The notes under the pieces are model-generated. The model did not search any database, had not been told where the DNA came from, and saw only the letters and a list, made by a program, of their open reading frames with translations. Below, in pieces: positions 16,475-25,789 of a stretch of DNA of 64,000 bases. Source of the DNA: Candidatus Latescibacterota bacterium (GTDB lineage Bacteria > Latescibacterota > UBA2968 > UBA8231); NCBI GenBank assembly GCA_965206595.1, contig OZ242214.1, forward strand, positions 1,824,001 through 1,888,000, in the 5' to 3' direction. A program made the position numbers and the translations under genes. Within the stretch, counting starts at the first letter, position 1. Every line of letters starts with the position of its first letter.

Positions 16475-17382
16475 CAGGCTGTCCGCTCTGGAAGGCTTTC
16501 CTGAATACGCTTGAATCCTTCGTAGCGCAGGCCCGTTATCGTCCCGGACTCCACCGCTTCTCGAATCGCACACCCGGGCTCTTGGATGTGGGTGCAGTCC
16601 CGGAACCGGCAATGCCCGGTCAACGGCACCATTTCGACAAAATACTTGATGAGCTGGCCGCGGTTAACTCCCCAAGGTTGCAGTGACTTTACACCAGGGG
16701 TGTCGGCGACGTAACCGCCCCGCGGCAGCCGGTGAAGATGTACGGAAGAAGTGGTATGGCGCCCGCGGTCGTGTCTCTTCATCAACCCGGAGGTAGGAAG
16801 GTTCAGGCTCGGATCGATGCAGTTGAGAATCGTCGATTTGCCGACCCCGGACTGTCCGACGAGCGCCGAGACGCGGCCGGCAAGCATTTTTGTCAAGTCG
16901 TCGATTCCCTCCCCTGTCCGGGCTGAGGTGAGAAGTACGCGATATCCCAGGTCCCCATATATGCGCTCGACCCCATGCACAGCCGGGCCCTCTGTGAGGT
17001 CGATTTTGTTGAAGCAGATCAGGGGCTCGACCTTTCCCTCCTGGGCCATCACCAGGGCGCGGTCAATGAACCCCGGGCGGACGGCGGGTTTGCGGGCGGC
17101 GACAACCACAGCGAAGCAATCGACATTCGCAGCGAGAATCTGCTCACATGGCCGGCTTCCCGACATTGCACGCGAGAGCTTGGAATGCCTGGGATGCCGG
17201 TTCTCGATCACACCGGTCGATTCGGTCGTAGGCTCGAATTCAACCCAGTCCCCGGTAGCTACAGGAGACTGGACGTCTCGCCTCCCGACTTTCAACCGCC
17301 CTCGAATCTCGCACTGCCAACTCCTGCCATCCGCCTCGACGGTCGATTGCAACCCGGATACCCGCAACACAAGCCCCTTCAT
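16474..17382 (-). CDS. rsgA: Ribosome small subunit-dependent GTPase A
   Basis: GDWV, AANVD, NKIDL, SA, GQSGVGKST, RGRHTT, DTPG, C-terminal CRFRDCTHIQEPGC zinc site. Confidence 0.96.
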   Translation of the reverse strand: MKGLVLRVSGLQSTVEADGRSWQCEIRGRLKVGRRDVQSPVATGDWVEFEPTTESTGVIENRHPRHSKLSRAMSGSRPCEQILAANVDCFAVVVAARKPAVRPGFIDRALVMAQEGKVEPLICFNKIDLTEGPAVHGVERIYGDLGYRVLLTSARTGEGIDDLTKMLAGRVSALVGQSGVGKSTILNCIDPSLNLPTSGLMKRHDRGRHTTSSVHLHRLPRGGYVADTPGVKSLQPWGVNRGQLIKYFVEMVPLTGHCRFRDCTHIQEPGCAIREAVESGTITGLRYEGFKRIQESLPERTA

Positions 17383-17388
17383 CCGCGA

Positions 17389-18111
17389 CTATTCCCCTCT
17401 TCCCAGGCGCTCGGCAAGGTATTCGGGCAAGTCCGCCTGGCGCAGTTTCTCCTGGGTCCTCTCGACGGGGTACTCGACCCGGAGCAACTGGACGTACTCC
17501 GCGTCTACGTCCCAGAGGGCGTAGGATGCCCTGCAGTCCCCGTCTCGGGGCTGTCCGACGCTCCCGGGGTTGATGAGGTAGCGATGCGGTCCCACCGAGA
17601 CTTCCGATGAAGTCAGCGAAGTCACCTGGCTGCCTGTACCGCAATGGATCGCCGGGCAGTGGGTATGGCCGACGAAGGCGAGCCTCCAGTCAAGCCTCTC
17701 GAGGCACCAGGCGATGTCTCGGTGCAGAATCATGTGCAGCCAGTTCTCCGGCCGGACCGGGTTGGCGTGGGCGAAAACGGCATCGTATTTGACGTGCCGG
17801 AATCCGAAATGGCGGATGTAGTCGAGTTCGACTTCGGAAACGAGATTGCGTGATCTCGATATCGTGTTGCGGGCCAATGCGTTGAAGCAACGGATCTGTC
17901 TGCCATCGACAAGGGCCTGGTCGTGATCTCCGAGCACGCACACAAACTCGTTCTCGCGAAGTCGGTTGACGCAGGCGACAGGATCCGCGCCGTAACCGAC
18001 GATATCGCCGACGGCGATGAAGTGATCGGCCCCCTCGTTTTCCGCTGCGATCAAGACCGCCTCGAGGGCTTCGAGGTTGGCGTGAATATCTGCGAGGATG
18101 GCGTATTTCAA
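17389..18111 (-). CDS. Calcineurin-like metallophosphoesterase
   Basis: ADIHAN, GDIVGYG, GDHD, GHTH, INPGSVGQPRDGD. Confidence 0.9.
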   Translation of the reverse strand: MKYAILADIHANLEALEAVLIAAENEGADHFIAVGDIVGYGADPVACVNRLRENEFVCVLGDHDQALVDGRQIRCFNALARNTISRSRNLVSEVELDYIRHFGFRHVKYDAVFAHANPVRPENWLHMILHRDIAWCLERLDWRLAFVGHTHCPAIHCGTGSQVTSLTSSEVSVGPHRYLINPGSVGQPRDGDCRASYALWDVDAEYVQLLRVEYPVERTQEKLRQADLPEYLAERLGRGE

Positions 18112-18186
18112 CGGCGATTCGGCGGCGGTCCCGCGGCCTACCTCTTTTCAGAGGTGGTTTCTGGGGCGCGGGTTGTTGCCGCTCCG

Positions 18187-19122
18187 CTAGAAAAGAGCAC
18201 TGATGGAGGTCTCTTCGTGAATCGCCTTTATCGCGTTGGCGAAGTGTTCGGCTACGGAACAGACAGTGAGCTTGGAATGCTTCTCCTCGGGAGCCTGCGG
18301 GATGGTGTCGGTCACCGTCAACCCGGCAAGAATGGACTTGCCAATCTTGGGGAGGGCGGATTCAGCGAGGGTACCGTGAACGCATCCGGCGTAGATCGCC
18401 TCAGCGCCTCTTTCCTTCAAGGCCTCGGAACCGGCGATTACGGAGTCCCCTGTTATGATCTCGTCGTCGAAGAGGATAGCATTCTTCCCCTCGACGTCCC
18501 CGATGGCGCCCATGACCCGGACCTCCCCCTCCGGAGTTCGCCGGTTGTCGAGGACGACGAGAGGTAATCCCAGATGACGAGCGTACTCTTCCGTGACTTT
18601 GGCGCGACTGATATCCGGTGCGACAGCGACCGCGTTCTCAATGTCCCGGCTGCGAAAGTTCTCGCATATGGTAGAAACCCCGCTGAGCTGATCGATTGGG
18701 ATTCTGCAGAACCCCATGATCTGCGGGCTGTGAAGAGTCATGGTTAGGATGCGGTCCGCACCGGCCTCGGTGAGAAGGTCGGCCATCAGCCGGCCGGCGA
18801 CCGATATGCGAGGTTCGTCCTTGCTGTCTGCGAGCGAGTATGGGTAGTAAGGCAGTACTGCGGTGATTCGTCCGGCGGACGCGAACTTCATCGCGTCGAG
18901 GGCGATGAGCAGTTCCATAAGGTGCTCGCTGACCGGGGCGCAGGAGGTCTGAATGAAAAAAACGTCGCAGCCGCGGACGTTCTCGCAGATCTTGACCTTG
19001 AGATTTTCGTTGCTGAAGCGAACGGTCTCGAGGCCCCCCGGTGCCACCCCCAGCGATTCGCAGATCCGGGCGGCGAGGTCTGGATTGCTGTTGCCGGCGA
19101 AGACCTTGAGCTTGTTGGTCAT
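18187..19122 (-). CDS. prs: Ribose-phosphate pyrophosphokinase-like protein (degenerate paralogue)
   Basis: FAGNSNPDLA, ENVRGCDVF, LMELL, TAVLPYYPY, LHSPQI; active-site motifs altered (YSLADSK, LDNRR, DDEIITGDS). Confidence 0.85.
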   Translation of the reverse strand: MTNKLKVFAGNSNPDLAARICESLGVAPGGLETVRFSNENLKVKICENVRGCDVFFIQTSCAPVSEHLMELLIALDAMKFASAGRITAVLPYYPYSLADSKDEPRISVAGRLMADLLTEAGADRILTMTLHSPQIMGFCRIPIDQLSGVSTICENFRSRDIENAVAVAPDISRAKVTEEYARHLGLPLVVLDNRRTPEGEVRVMGAIGDVEGKNAILFDDEIITGDSVIAGSEALKERGAEAIYAGCVHGTLAESALPKIGKSILAGLTVTDTIPQAPEEKHSKLTVCSVAEHFANAIKAIHEETSISALF

Positions 19123-19147
19123 TTTTCCTCCGCAGGCAGCGAGCTGT

Positions 19148-19810
19148 TCACAGCCTCCTCAGATGCTCGCGGGCCTTTGCGACTACGGGAGATGTCGGAA
19201 AATCCCGCGCGATTCGCCGCAGCGCCTCCTTCTGCGCCGCGGCATCGCCGGCCAAAGCGTAACAGCGGGAAGCGCTCATCAGGGCCAAGGATGCCTGCTG
19301 CCCCTCGTACCGGTCTGCATACTGCGCGTATTTCTTGGCGGCCTGGGCGAACTGGCCCTGCGATTCGAGGCAGGCCGCTACCCCGCTCCAAGCAGCGAAC
19401 ACGAGAACGTCGACATCTCCGTATTCCTCCAGGCCGGTCTCGTACAGACGCTGGGCTTCGTCGAGCCGACCCTGCTGGAAGTAGCGGTTGGCGAGGTAGA
19501 GCACCCCTTGGGCGGCTGCGGGCGTCCCACGGTGTTCCCTGATCAGGTTTTCGGCGATTTCCAACGCCTGCGCAACCTCCCCGTTGGCGTCCGCCATCAA
19601 CACCTGGCCGAACGATGTCGACGCCTGCAGGCGCGCCTCTTCCTCAGCGCTGCGAAGATAGCCTATCAGCACGACGGTTACCGCTACCGCTGCTGCCGCG
19701 GCAATGACGAACTGCATCCGCTCTTTCAGGAAGTCCGCGGCCTGCATGATCCACTCGACGAAGCGGTCTTCCTCAAGCTCTGCTCTGGTAGGTCTTTCAC
19801 TTCTTGCCAT
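19148..19810 (-). CDS. Membrane-anchored TPR protein (YfgM-like)
   Basis: ELEEDRFV N-terminus, one TM, TPR helices (A..YLANRYF..G..DEA..Y), FPTSP motif. Confidence 0.75.
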   Translation of the reverse strand: MARSERPTRAELEEDRFVEWIMQAADFLKERMQFVIAAAAAVAVTVVLIGYLRSAEEEARLQASTSFGQVLMADANGEVAQALEIAENLIREHRGTPAAAQGVLYLANRYFQQGRLDEAQRLYETGLEEYGDVDVLVFAAWSGVAACLESQGQFAQAAKKYAQYADRYEGQQASLALMSASRCYALAGDAAAQKEALRRIARDFPTSPVVAKAREHLRRL

Positions 19811-19822
19811 CAGGCACCTTTG

Positions 19823-20368
19823 TCAGTCGCGATACTGGATTACCGACTCGACGCGGTACTGGGCGAGCCGGTCGCGCCCCCGGAGAGCATTCAGCTCAAC
19901 GAGGAAGCAGACAGCTGCAATATTTGCTTCAAGTTGTTCGAGCAGGCGGCAGGAAGCAGCCATTGTGCCGCCCGTGGCGAGAACGTCGTCGACAACCAGC
20001 ACCCGATCCCCCGGTTTCAAGGCATCGCGGTGAATTTCCACCGCCGCGGTCCCGTATTCCAATTCGTACTCTTCACCGACGACGGCCGCAGGCAGCTTTC
20101 CCGACTTCCGGACCGGAACAAACCCGCAATCGAGGGAAACGGCGATGGGAGCCCCGAGGATGAATCCGCGCGCTTCAACCCCGACGACCATGTCGACCTC
20201 GGATGGCTCGAAGGGGGCGGCCATGGCCGCCACTGCCGCCCTCAGTCCGCAAGGGTCCTTGAGCAAGGTGGAAATGTCCCGGTACAGTATCCCCGGCTTC
20301 GGAAAGTCGGGGATGTCCCGAATCAATTCAGCCAGCCGATCGGCCTGGATTTTATTGTCGCTGTCCAT
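19823..20368 (-). CDS. apt: Adenine phosphoribosyltransferase
   Basis: IRDIPDFPKPGILYRDI, EARGF, VRKSGKLP, YELEYG, VDDVLATGGT; start set at MDSDN. Confidence 0.97.
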   Translation of the reverse strand: MDSDNKIQADRLAELIRDIPDFPKPGILYRDISTLLKDPCGLRAAVAAMAAPFEPSEVDMVVGVEARGFILGAPIAVSLDCGFVPVRKSGKLPAAVVGEEYELEYGTAAVEIHRDALKPGDRVLVVDDVLATGGTMAASCRLLEQLEANIAAVCFLVELNALRGRDRLAQYRVESVIQYRD

Positions 20369-20527
20369 ACGGTTCGACCGTCGATCACGGGCATGAAATT
20401 GCCGCGGAGAGGACATCGAAAAACGACGGAACTCACTGTTACTTATTAACATAAGTTGTCAGAGTTCCGGGAGTCAAAGAGCGGACCAAATGGTAGCACG
20501 AAACCTGGTTTCGCGATCTGGAGGATA

Positions 20528-20689
20528 TCAGAACAGCGTGTAGATGAAGGGGGCGAGCGCAGACCCCTCGGTGAGAACGATCAGCATTCCGAGCAGGACA
20601 AGGGTTGCGAAAATCGGTCCCAGCCACCACTTCTTGCGGACCTGCATGAAGGCCCACAACTCGGATATGATGCTGAATCTGCTCGGCAT
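20528..20689 (-). CDS. DUF5989 (SxtK-like) small membrane protein, 53 aa, not in the ORF track
   Basis: My translation: MPSRFSIISELWAFMQVRKKWWLGPIFATLVLLGMLIVLTEGSALAPFIYTLF; GAGGA RBS upstream; RKKWWL...APFIYTLF signature. Confidence 0.85.
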   Translation of the reverse strand: MPSRFSIISELWAFMQVRKKWWLGPIFATLVLLGMLIVLTEGSALAPFIYTLF

Positions 20690-20719
20690 TTCGGTCCTCG
20701 AAAGGCTTGGGGCGTGCCG

Positions 20720-21667
20720 TCAGTCGAGCAGGCGGCTGACCGACTCGCCGTGGTGGATGGCCTTGATTGCATCGCCGAACAGGCGAGCAACCGAGATCAC
20801 TTCGATCTTTTCCGTTTTTGAACCGGTCGGCATCGGCACCGTGTTGGTCTTGAGAAACAGCTCCACCGGGGAGGCCTCGATGCGTGCAATGGCATCACCG
20901 GAAAAAACTCCGTGGGTACATCCGGCAAAGATGCGCCGAGCCCCGCGCTCCTTGAGCAGGCGGATGGCTTCCATCATCGAGCCGCCGGTCAGGACCTCGT
21001 CGTCGAACAGGAGTGCGTCCCGGCCCCCGATGTCTCCTATGACGGTCTGCACCTCGGCTACCTCGTCGTCTCCTTTGCGCCTTTTATCCATGATTGCAAG
21101 AGGAAGCTCGAGGCGGCGGGCGTAATAGTTGGCCTCGTGGGCGCTGCCGACATCGGGAGAAACCACCACCGCGTTGCTGAGATCCCGGGTCCGTAAAAGG
21201 TGATTGCACAACAGGTTGGTCGCCCACAGCTGATCGACGGGGATACGGGAAAAGGCGGCGATCTGGGGCGAGTGCAGGGTCATGGTCAGGATGCGGTCGG
21301 CGCCTGCGGTTTCAAGCAGATCGGCGACGAGGCGCGCGCTGATCGAGATGCGCGGCTCGTCCTTCTTGTCAGAGCGCACGTATGGGTAGTAGGGCAAAAC
21401 CGCCGTTATGCGGCGCGCCGAGGCGTATTTCAGGGCGTCGATGATGAGCAGGAGCTCGATGAAGTTGTCATTCACCGGCGGACAGGAGGTTTGAACGACA
21501 AAGACGTCGTCTTCCCGGACGTTCTCGTTGATCTGCACCTTGATGGTGTCGTTCGAGGCGCGATCGACCGATAGACGTCCGGGGGGGCAGTCGAGATATT
21601 CGCAGATTTCCCTGGCGAGCTCCGGGTTGCTCGATCCCGCCATGATTTTCAGGTAGTTCTTCATCAT
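20720..21667 (-). CDS. prs: Ribose-phosphate pyrophosphokinase (second paralogue)
   Basis: ENVREDDVF, VLPYYPYVRSDKKD, LHSPQI, VVSPDVG, IMDKRR, DDEVLTGGS, THGVFSG. Confidence 0.9.
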   Translation of the reverse strand: MMKNYLKIMAGSSNPELAREICEYLDCPPGRLSVDRASNDTIKVQINENVREDDVFVVQTSCPPVNDNFIELLLIIDALKYASARRITAVLPYYPYVRSDKKDEPRISISARLVADLLETAGADRILTMTLHSPQIAAFSRIPVDQLWATNLLCNHLLRTRDLSNAVVVSPDVGSAHEANYYARRLELPLAIMDKRRKGDDEVAEVQTVIGDIGGRDALLFDDEVLTGGSMMEAIRLLKERGARRIFAGCTHGVFSGDAIARIEASPVELFLKTNTVPMPTGSKTEKIEVISVARLFGDAIKAIHHGESVSRLLD

Positions 21668-21718
21668 CCCTCTACCACTGTCTAACCGCCCGAGGTCGGA
21701 GCTGACGAAACTTCTTGA

Positions 21719-22753
21719 TCAGCCGAGGCCGGCGGCGACATCTCTGGCGAAGTAGGTGATGATCAGGTCTGCCCCCGCCCGCTTGATACCGAGCAGAATT
21801 TCGTCTCTGATGCGTACCTCGTCGATCCAGCCCTTCTCCGCTGCGGCTTTGACCATGGCGAATTCCCCGCTGACGTTGTAGGCAGCCAGGGGAACATCGA
21901 AACGCCGGCGCGCTTCGCGCAGCACATCGAGGTACGCGAGCGCCGGCTTGACCATGATGATATCGGCACCTTCCGCCAGATCGAGCTCGATCTCCCGCAT
22001 CGCCTCGCGGCTGTTGGGGGGATCCATCTGGTAGCCGCGTCTGTCGCCCCTCTGCGGTGCCGACTCCGCAGCTTCCCGAAACGGGCCGTAGAATGCGGAG
22101 GCGTACTTTGCAGCGTACGACATGATCGGCACGCGCGAAAAACCGTTGCAGTCGAGCACCGCCCTGATTCTTCCGATTCGCCCATCCATCATGTCGGATG
22201 GGGCTATCATGCCAGCCCCGGCCTCGGCGTAGACCAGAGCCTCCCGCCCCAGCAACTCCACGGTGCGATCGTTGTCGACCTCGAGGCCGCCAGGGATCGC
22301 TTCCTGTCGGAGAACGCCGCAGTGCCCATGATCCGTGTACTCGCAAAGGCAGACATCGGCGATGACGAGCAGGTTCAGGCCGGCGTCCTTGATTGCGCGG
22401 ATCGCCGCGGGAACGACACCGTTCGGGTCGTAACCGGAAGTGCCCACTGCATCCTTTTCCCCGGGAATCCCGAACAGGAGGACGGATGGAATCCCCAGGC
22501 CGGCGACCTCGCGGCATTGCTCGACGAGGAGGTCGACCGAGAGCTGGTGGTTCCCCGGCATCGACCGGATCTCGCGCTGCACCCCCTCTCCCGGACAGAC
22601 GAAGAACGGCATAACCAGATCTTCGGCCCGCACGCTAGTCTCGCGAACCATGCTGCGGATGAGGCGATTTCCACGCAGGCGCCGGGGCCGATGCGGACCG
22701 ATTTCCGAAAGCGACTGCTCGAAGGCCGGGATCCCGACCGGTTCACCCTTCAT
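21719..22753 (-). CDS. hemB: Porphobilinogen synthase (Zn type)
   Basis: RPRRLR, DVCLCEYTDHGHCG, APSDMMDGR, SYAAKYASAFYGPFREA, MVKPAL, AYNVSGE. Confidence 0.98.
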   Translation of the reverse strand: MKGEPVGIPAFEQSLSEIGPHRPRRLRGNRLIRSMVRETSVRAEDLVMPFFVCPGEGVQREIRSMPGNHQLSVDLLVEQCREVAGLGIPSVLLFGIPGEKDAVGTSGYDPNGVVPAAIRAIKDAGLNLLVIADVCLCEYTDHGHCGVLRQEAIPGGLEVDNDRTVELLGREALVYAEAGAGMIAPSDMMDGRIGRIRAVLDCNGFSRVPIMSYAAKYASAFYGPFREAAESAPQRGDRRGYQMDPPNSREAMREIELDLAEGADIIMVKPALAYLDVLREARRRFDVPLAAYNVSGEFAMVKAAAEKGWIDEVRIRDEILLGIKRAGADLIITYFARDVAAGLG

Positions 22754-22763
22754 CGCCTACCCT

Positions 22764-22860
22764 CCAGTGTCCTGTCCCGGAAACAGATTTTAAGAAATGG
22801 GGCGGCGAGCCGGGATGGATCGGCGGAAGAATTGCGGATATTGACGGGACAGGACACTGG
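22764..22860. repeat. 97-bp element with perfect 16-bp terminal inverted repeats (IS630-like MITE candidate)
   Basis: CCAGTGTCCTGTCCCG at 22764-22779 and its exact reverse complement at 22845-22860; resembles the IS630 end CTAGTGTCCCGTCCCAGG at 62661. Confidence 0.7.
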
Positions 22861-22958
22861 TCCAACCTGACACCGTTGAGAACGTCGCCAAATCTTTGAT
22901 CGATGAAATGCTACCACCATCCGGAATATGCAACCTTCGCGCCGGGCAGGATTCAACC

Positions 22959-24206
22959 TCAAGCCGGGGCCAGAGCCGACTCCATGTCACCAATGAGATC
23001 TTCGGGGTCCTCGATGCCGACGGAATACCGTATCAGCTCGTCGGTAATTCCGATGGCCTGCCGATCCTCCCAGCTCAGATCGTAGTACGAAATCGTCGCC
23101 GGATGCGATACCAGGGTCTCGACACCCCCGAGACTGGGTGCCAGATAGGGTATCGTCAACCTGTGGACGAAATTCCTGGCCGTCTCCAGGTCGCCGTCGA
23201 GGTCGAAACTGACGACCCCTCCGAACCCGTGCATCTGTCTTCTGGCGACTTCGTGATCGGGATGGCTGGGAAGACCCGGGTAATAGACCCGTTTGACCTT
23301 GGAGTGGGCTTCGAGGAAGGCTGCGATTCTCAGCGCGCTGTCGTTCTGCCTGGCCATGCGGACGGCCAGGGTTTTCAGTCCCCGGATGAGCAGGTAGCTC
23401 GATTGCGGGTCGGCAATGGTACCGACGATGTCGCGGAACTCCTTGATGGCAGAGATGATTCCCTCGGCGCCGCACACCGATCCCGCCATCAGGTCGTTGT
23501 GTCCCCCGAGGTACTTGGTGGCGCTGTGGAAGACGAGGTCGACGCCGAAGTCGAGGGGACACTGGTTCATCGGGGTCGCAAAGGTGCTGTCGATCAGGAC
23601 CTTGAGCCGGCGCTCCCCGGCGAAGGCGACCAGTTTCTCCAGGTCGACGACGTGAAGATGCGGGTTGGTGGGCGACTCGGTGAAGATCAGGCGCGTATTC
23701 GGCTGCAGGACCTGCTGCAGCTCGTCGAAATCCCCGGGGCGCACGAAGCTGCTCTCGATGCCGAATTTGCCCAGGACGTTGCACAGCTGCACGGTGCGCC
23801 GGTAGCAGTCCTCCATTACTACCAGGTGCTGGCCTGAACGCAGCATCGCCAGCAGCGCGGTCGAGATTGCACTCATCCCGGAGGAGAACAGCAGCGCCTG
23901 CGCGGCGTGGTCCAGATCGGCGAGTTTCCTTTCTGCGGCGGCCAGGGTCGGGTTGCCGTAGCGGCCGTATTCGTACTGCGTCCGCTCCCCCGCCTTGTAG
24001 GCCTCGAACTCGTCGAGCGTATCGAAGACGAAGGTCGAAGTCTGCGCTATGGGGTTGGTCAGGGACTTGGCTCCCTTGACCCGGTCCTCCCCTCCGTGAA
24101 CGGAGCGCGTCGATGCTCCGGGGCGCGCCCTGGATGGAGGGCCCGCAGCGGGGGTGGTTTCCCCTTCCCGCGACTCGAAAGATTTCCCGGACACCGACTT
24201 CCCCAA
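22959..24206 (-). CDS. metB: Cystathionine gamma-synthase, plant-like (Cys/Met metabolism PLP family)
   Basis: YEYGRYGNPT, FSSGM, ESPTNP, DSTFATP, HSATKYLGGHND (PLP Lys), IPYLAPSLGG, PATISYYDL. Confidence 0.85.
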   Translation of the reverse strand: MGKSVSGKSFESREGETTPAAGPPSRARPGASTRSVHGGEDRVKGAKSLTNPIAQTSTFVFDTLDEFEAYKAGERTQYEYGRYGNPTLAAAERKLADLDHAAQALLFSSGMSAISTALLAMLRSGQHLVVMEDCYRRTVQLCNVLGKFGIESSFVRPGDFDELQQVLQPNTRLIFTESPTNPHLHVVDLEKLVAFAGERRLKVLIDSTFATPMNQCPLDFGVDLVFHSATKYLGGHNDLMAGSVCGAEGIISAIKEFRDIVGTIADPQSSYLLIRGLKTLAVRMARQNDSALRIAAFLEAHSKVKRVYYPGLPSHPDHEVARRQMHGFGGVVSFDLDGDLETARNFVHRLTIPYLAPSLGGVETLVSHPATISYYDLSWEDRQAIGITDELIRYSVGIEDPEDLIGDMESALAPA

Positions 24207-24207
24207 T

Positions 24208-25560
24208 TCAGCCGGCCAGAGTGGGAACCGCTTCGATCGATTTCAGCACGGTCGCGCGTACTTGTTCGTAATCGGGATCGACCTCGACGGGCCGGTTGGC
24301 GTTTCGGGGAACGACGCCGAATACTTCGCGCAAATTGTCGGAATGATAGTCGATTTTGAAGTTCGGAAACTTGAGGCCGTGCGCCGTGGAGATCACGACC
24401 ACAGTGTCATTCGAGCCGATGGTACCGCGCTCAACGAGCTTGAACAGGACGGCCAACGCCACTCCCGTGTGGGGACAGGTGAACAGTCCGGTGCGGTCAG
24501 CCCGGTCAGCGGCTTCGGACAGTTCCTGCTCGGTCGCCTGCTCCACGACACCGTCGAACTGCCTGAGGACGCGGACGGCCCGCTCCCAACTGACGGGATT
24601 GCCGATGCGAATGGCGCTGGCGAGGGTGCTGCCGGCATGCTGCGATGAGAACGACTCGAAGTTGTCCAGATAGCTGAGGTACAGTGGGTTGGCCATTGCG
24701 GACTGGGCGACGGCAATGCCCGGCAGATGGTCGATTATCCCCATCTCCCTCATTTCGAGAAACCCCTTCCCCAGGGCGCTGACGTTTCCGAGGTTGCCTC
24801 CCGGGATGACGATCCAGTCCGGAACCTTCCAATCGAACTGCTGTGTCAGTTCGATCGCAACCGTCTTCTGGCCTTCGATGCGCAGGGAATTCTTCGAGTT
24901 CGCGAGGTAGAGGTTCTCACTGGTGCAGATTTCCTGGACGATCCGCATGCAGCCGTCGAAATCAGTTCGGATCGACAGCGTAAGAGCACCGTTCGTGATC
25001 GGCTGAATCAGCTGCGAAAGGGATATCATGTCCTTTGGCAGCAAGGTGATCACCGGAATTCCGGCTGCCGCTCCGTAGGCGGCCAGGGCGGCGGAGGTGT
25101 CCCCGGTAGAGGCGCAGATGAGCGCCGGGATGTCGGTTCCCTCCGAACGCATTTGCCGCACCATGGAGACCAGTACCGTCATTCCCAGGTCTTTGAACGA
25201 CCCGGTATGGCTGTTCCCGCACTGTTTTACCCAGAGGTCCTGCAGCCCGATCTCGCGGCCCAGCCTCTCCGCCCAGAACAGGTTGCTCCCCCCTTCGTAC
25301 ATCGACACGACGTTCTTTTCCTCGACCTCGGGGCAAACCATCTCCTGCTTGCCCCACACCGAGCTGCCGTACGGAAAATCATTACGCATGTAGCGGCGGT
25401 CGAATAGCTCGCGCCATGCGGCCCCAGGTCTCTTCCGCAGTTCCGTCATGTCGTGCTGGACGGACAGCAACCCCCCGCACTCCCCGCACTCGTAGACCAT
25501 TTCGGTAAGCGGGTACGTCTCGTTGCACTTGATGCACTGAAACCAGGCCTGATACCCCAT
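24208..25560 (-). CDS. thrC: Threonine synthase, plant-like
   Basis: EGGSNLFWAER, LWVKQCGNSHTGSFKDLGMTVLVS, CASTGDTSAALAAY, LRIEGQKT, PGGNLGN, CPHTGVA, STAHGLKF. Confidence 0.93.
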   Translation of the reverse strand: MGYQAWFQCIKCNETYPLTEMVYECGECGGLLSVQHDMTELRKRPGAAWRELFDRRYMRNDFPYGSSVWGKQEMVCPEVEEKNVVSMYEGGSNLFWAERLGREIGLQDLWVKQCGNSHTGSFKDLGMTVLVSMVRQMRSEGTDIPALICASTGDTSAALAAYGAAAGIPVITLLPKDMISLSQLIQPITNGALTLSIRTDFDGCMRIVQEICTSENLYLANSKNSLRIEGQKTVAIELTQQFDWKVPDWIVIPGGNLGNVSALGKGFLEMREMGIIDHLPGIAVAQSAMANPLYLSYLDNFESFSSQHAGSTLASAIRIGNPVSWERAVRVLRQFDGVVEQATEQELSEAADRADRTGLFTCPHTGVALAVLFKLVERGTIGSNDTVVVISTAHGLKFPNFKIDYHSDNLREVFGVVPRNANRPVEVDPDYEQVRATVLKSIEAVPTLAG

Positions 25561-25789
25561 GATTCTTCAGTCGTACAAAGGTTTCGAGGTCGCGCCGATA
25601 CCGGGTGCCGCCCTCTTGGGAAGGTTCAGAATCTACCTTTGGCGCAGAACACCTGCAAGAATTGGAGCCGTCCTCCTCACCCGGAAAACGGCGTTCGCCT
25701 GCAGCTGTTGTCGGAGGGGGCTACAGGGGAGGCCACACACCTCCCGAACTGTTCCATCTACTTTCTGGTTGGGGTGCCGAAAACCGGGC

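Noticed and set aside
17389-18111. GDHD instead of GNHD in the metallophosphoesterase
   Set aside because: A single conservative change at a metal ligand with other motifs intact; not enough to claim altered function.
25561-25789. Possible SAM riboswitch or attenuator upstream of thrC-metB
   Set aside because: No SAM-I core motifs and no Thr-rich leader peptide recognised.
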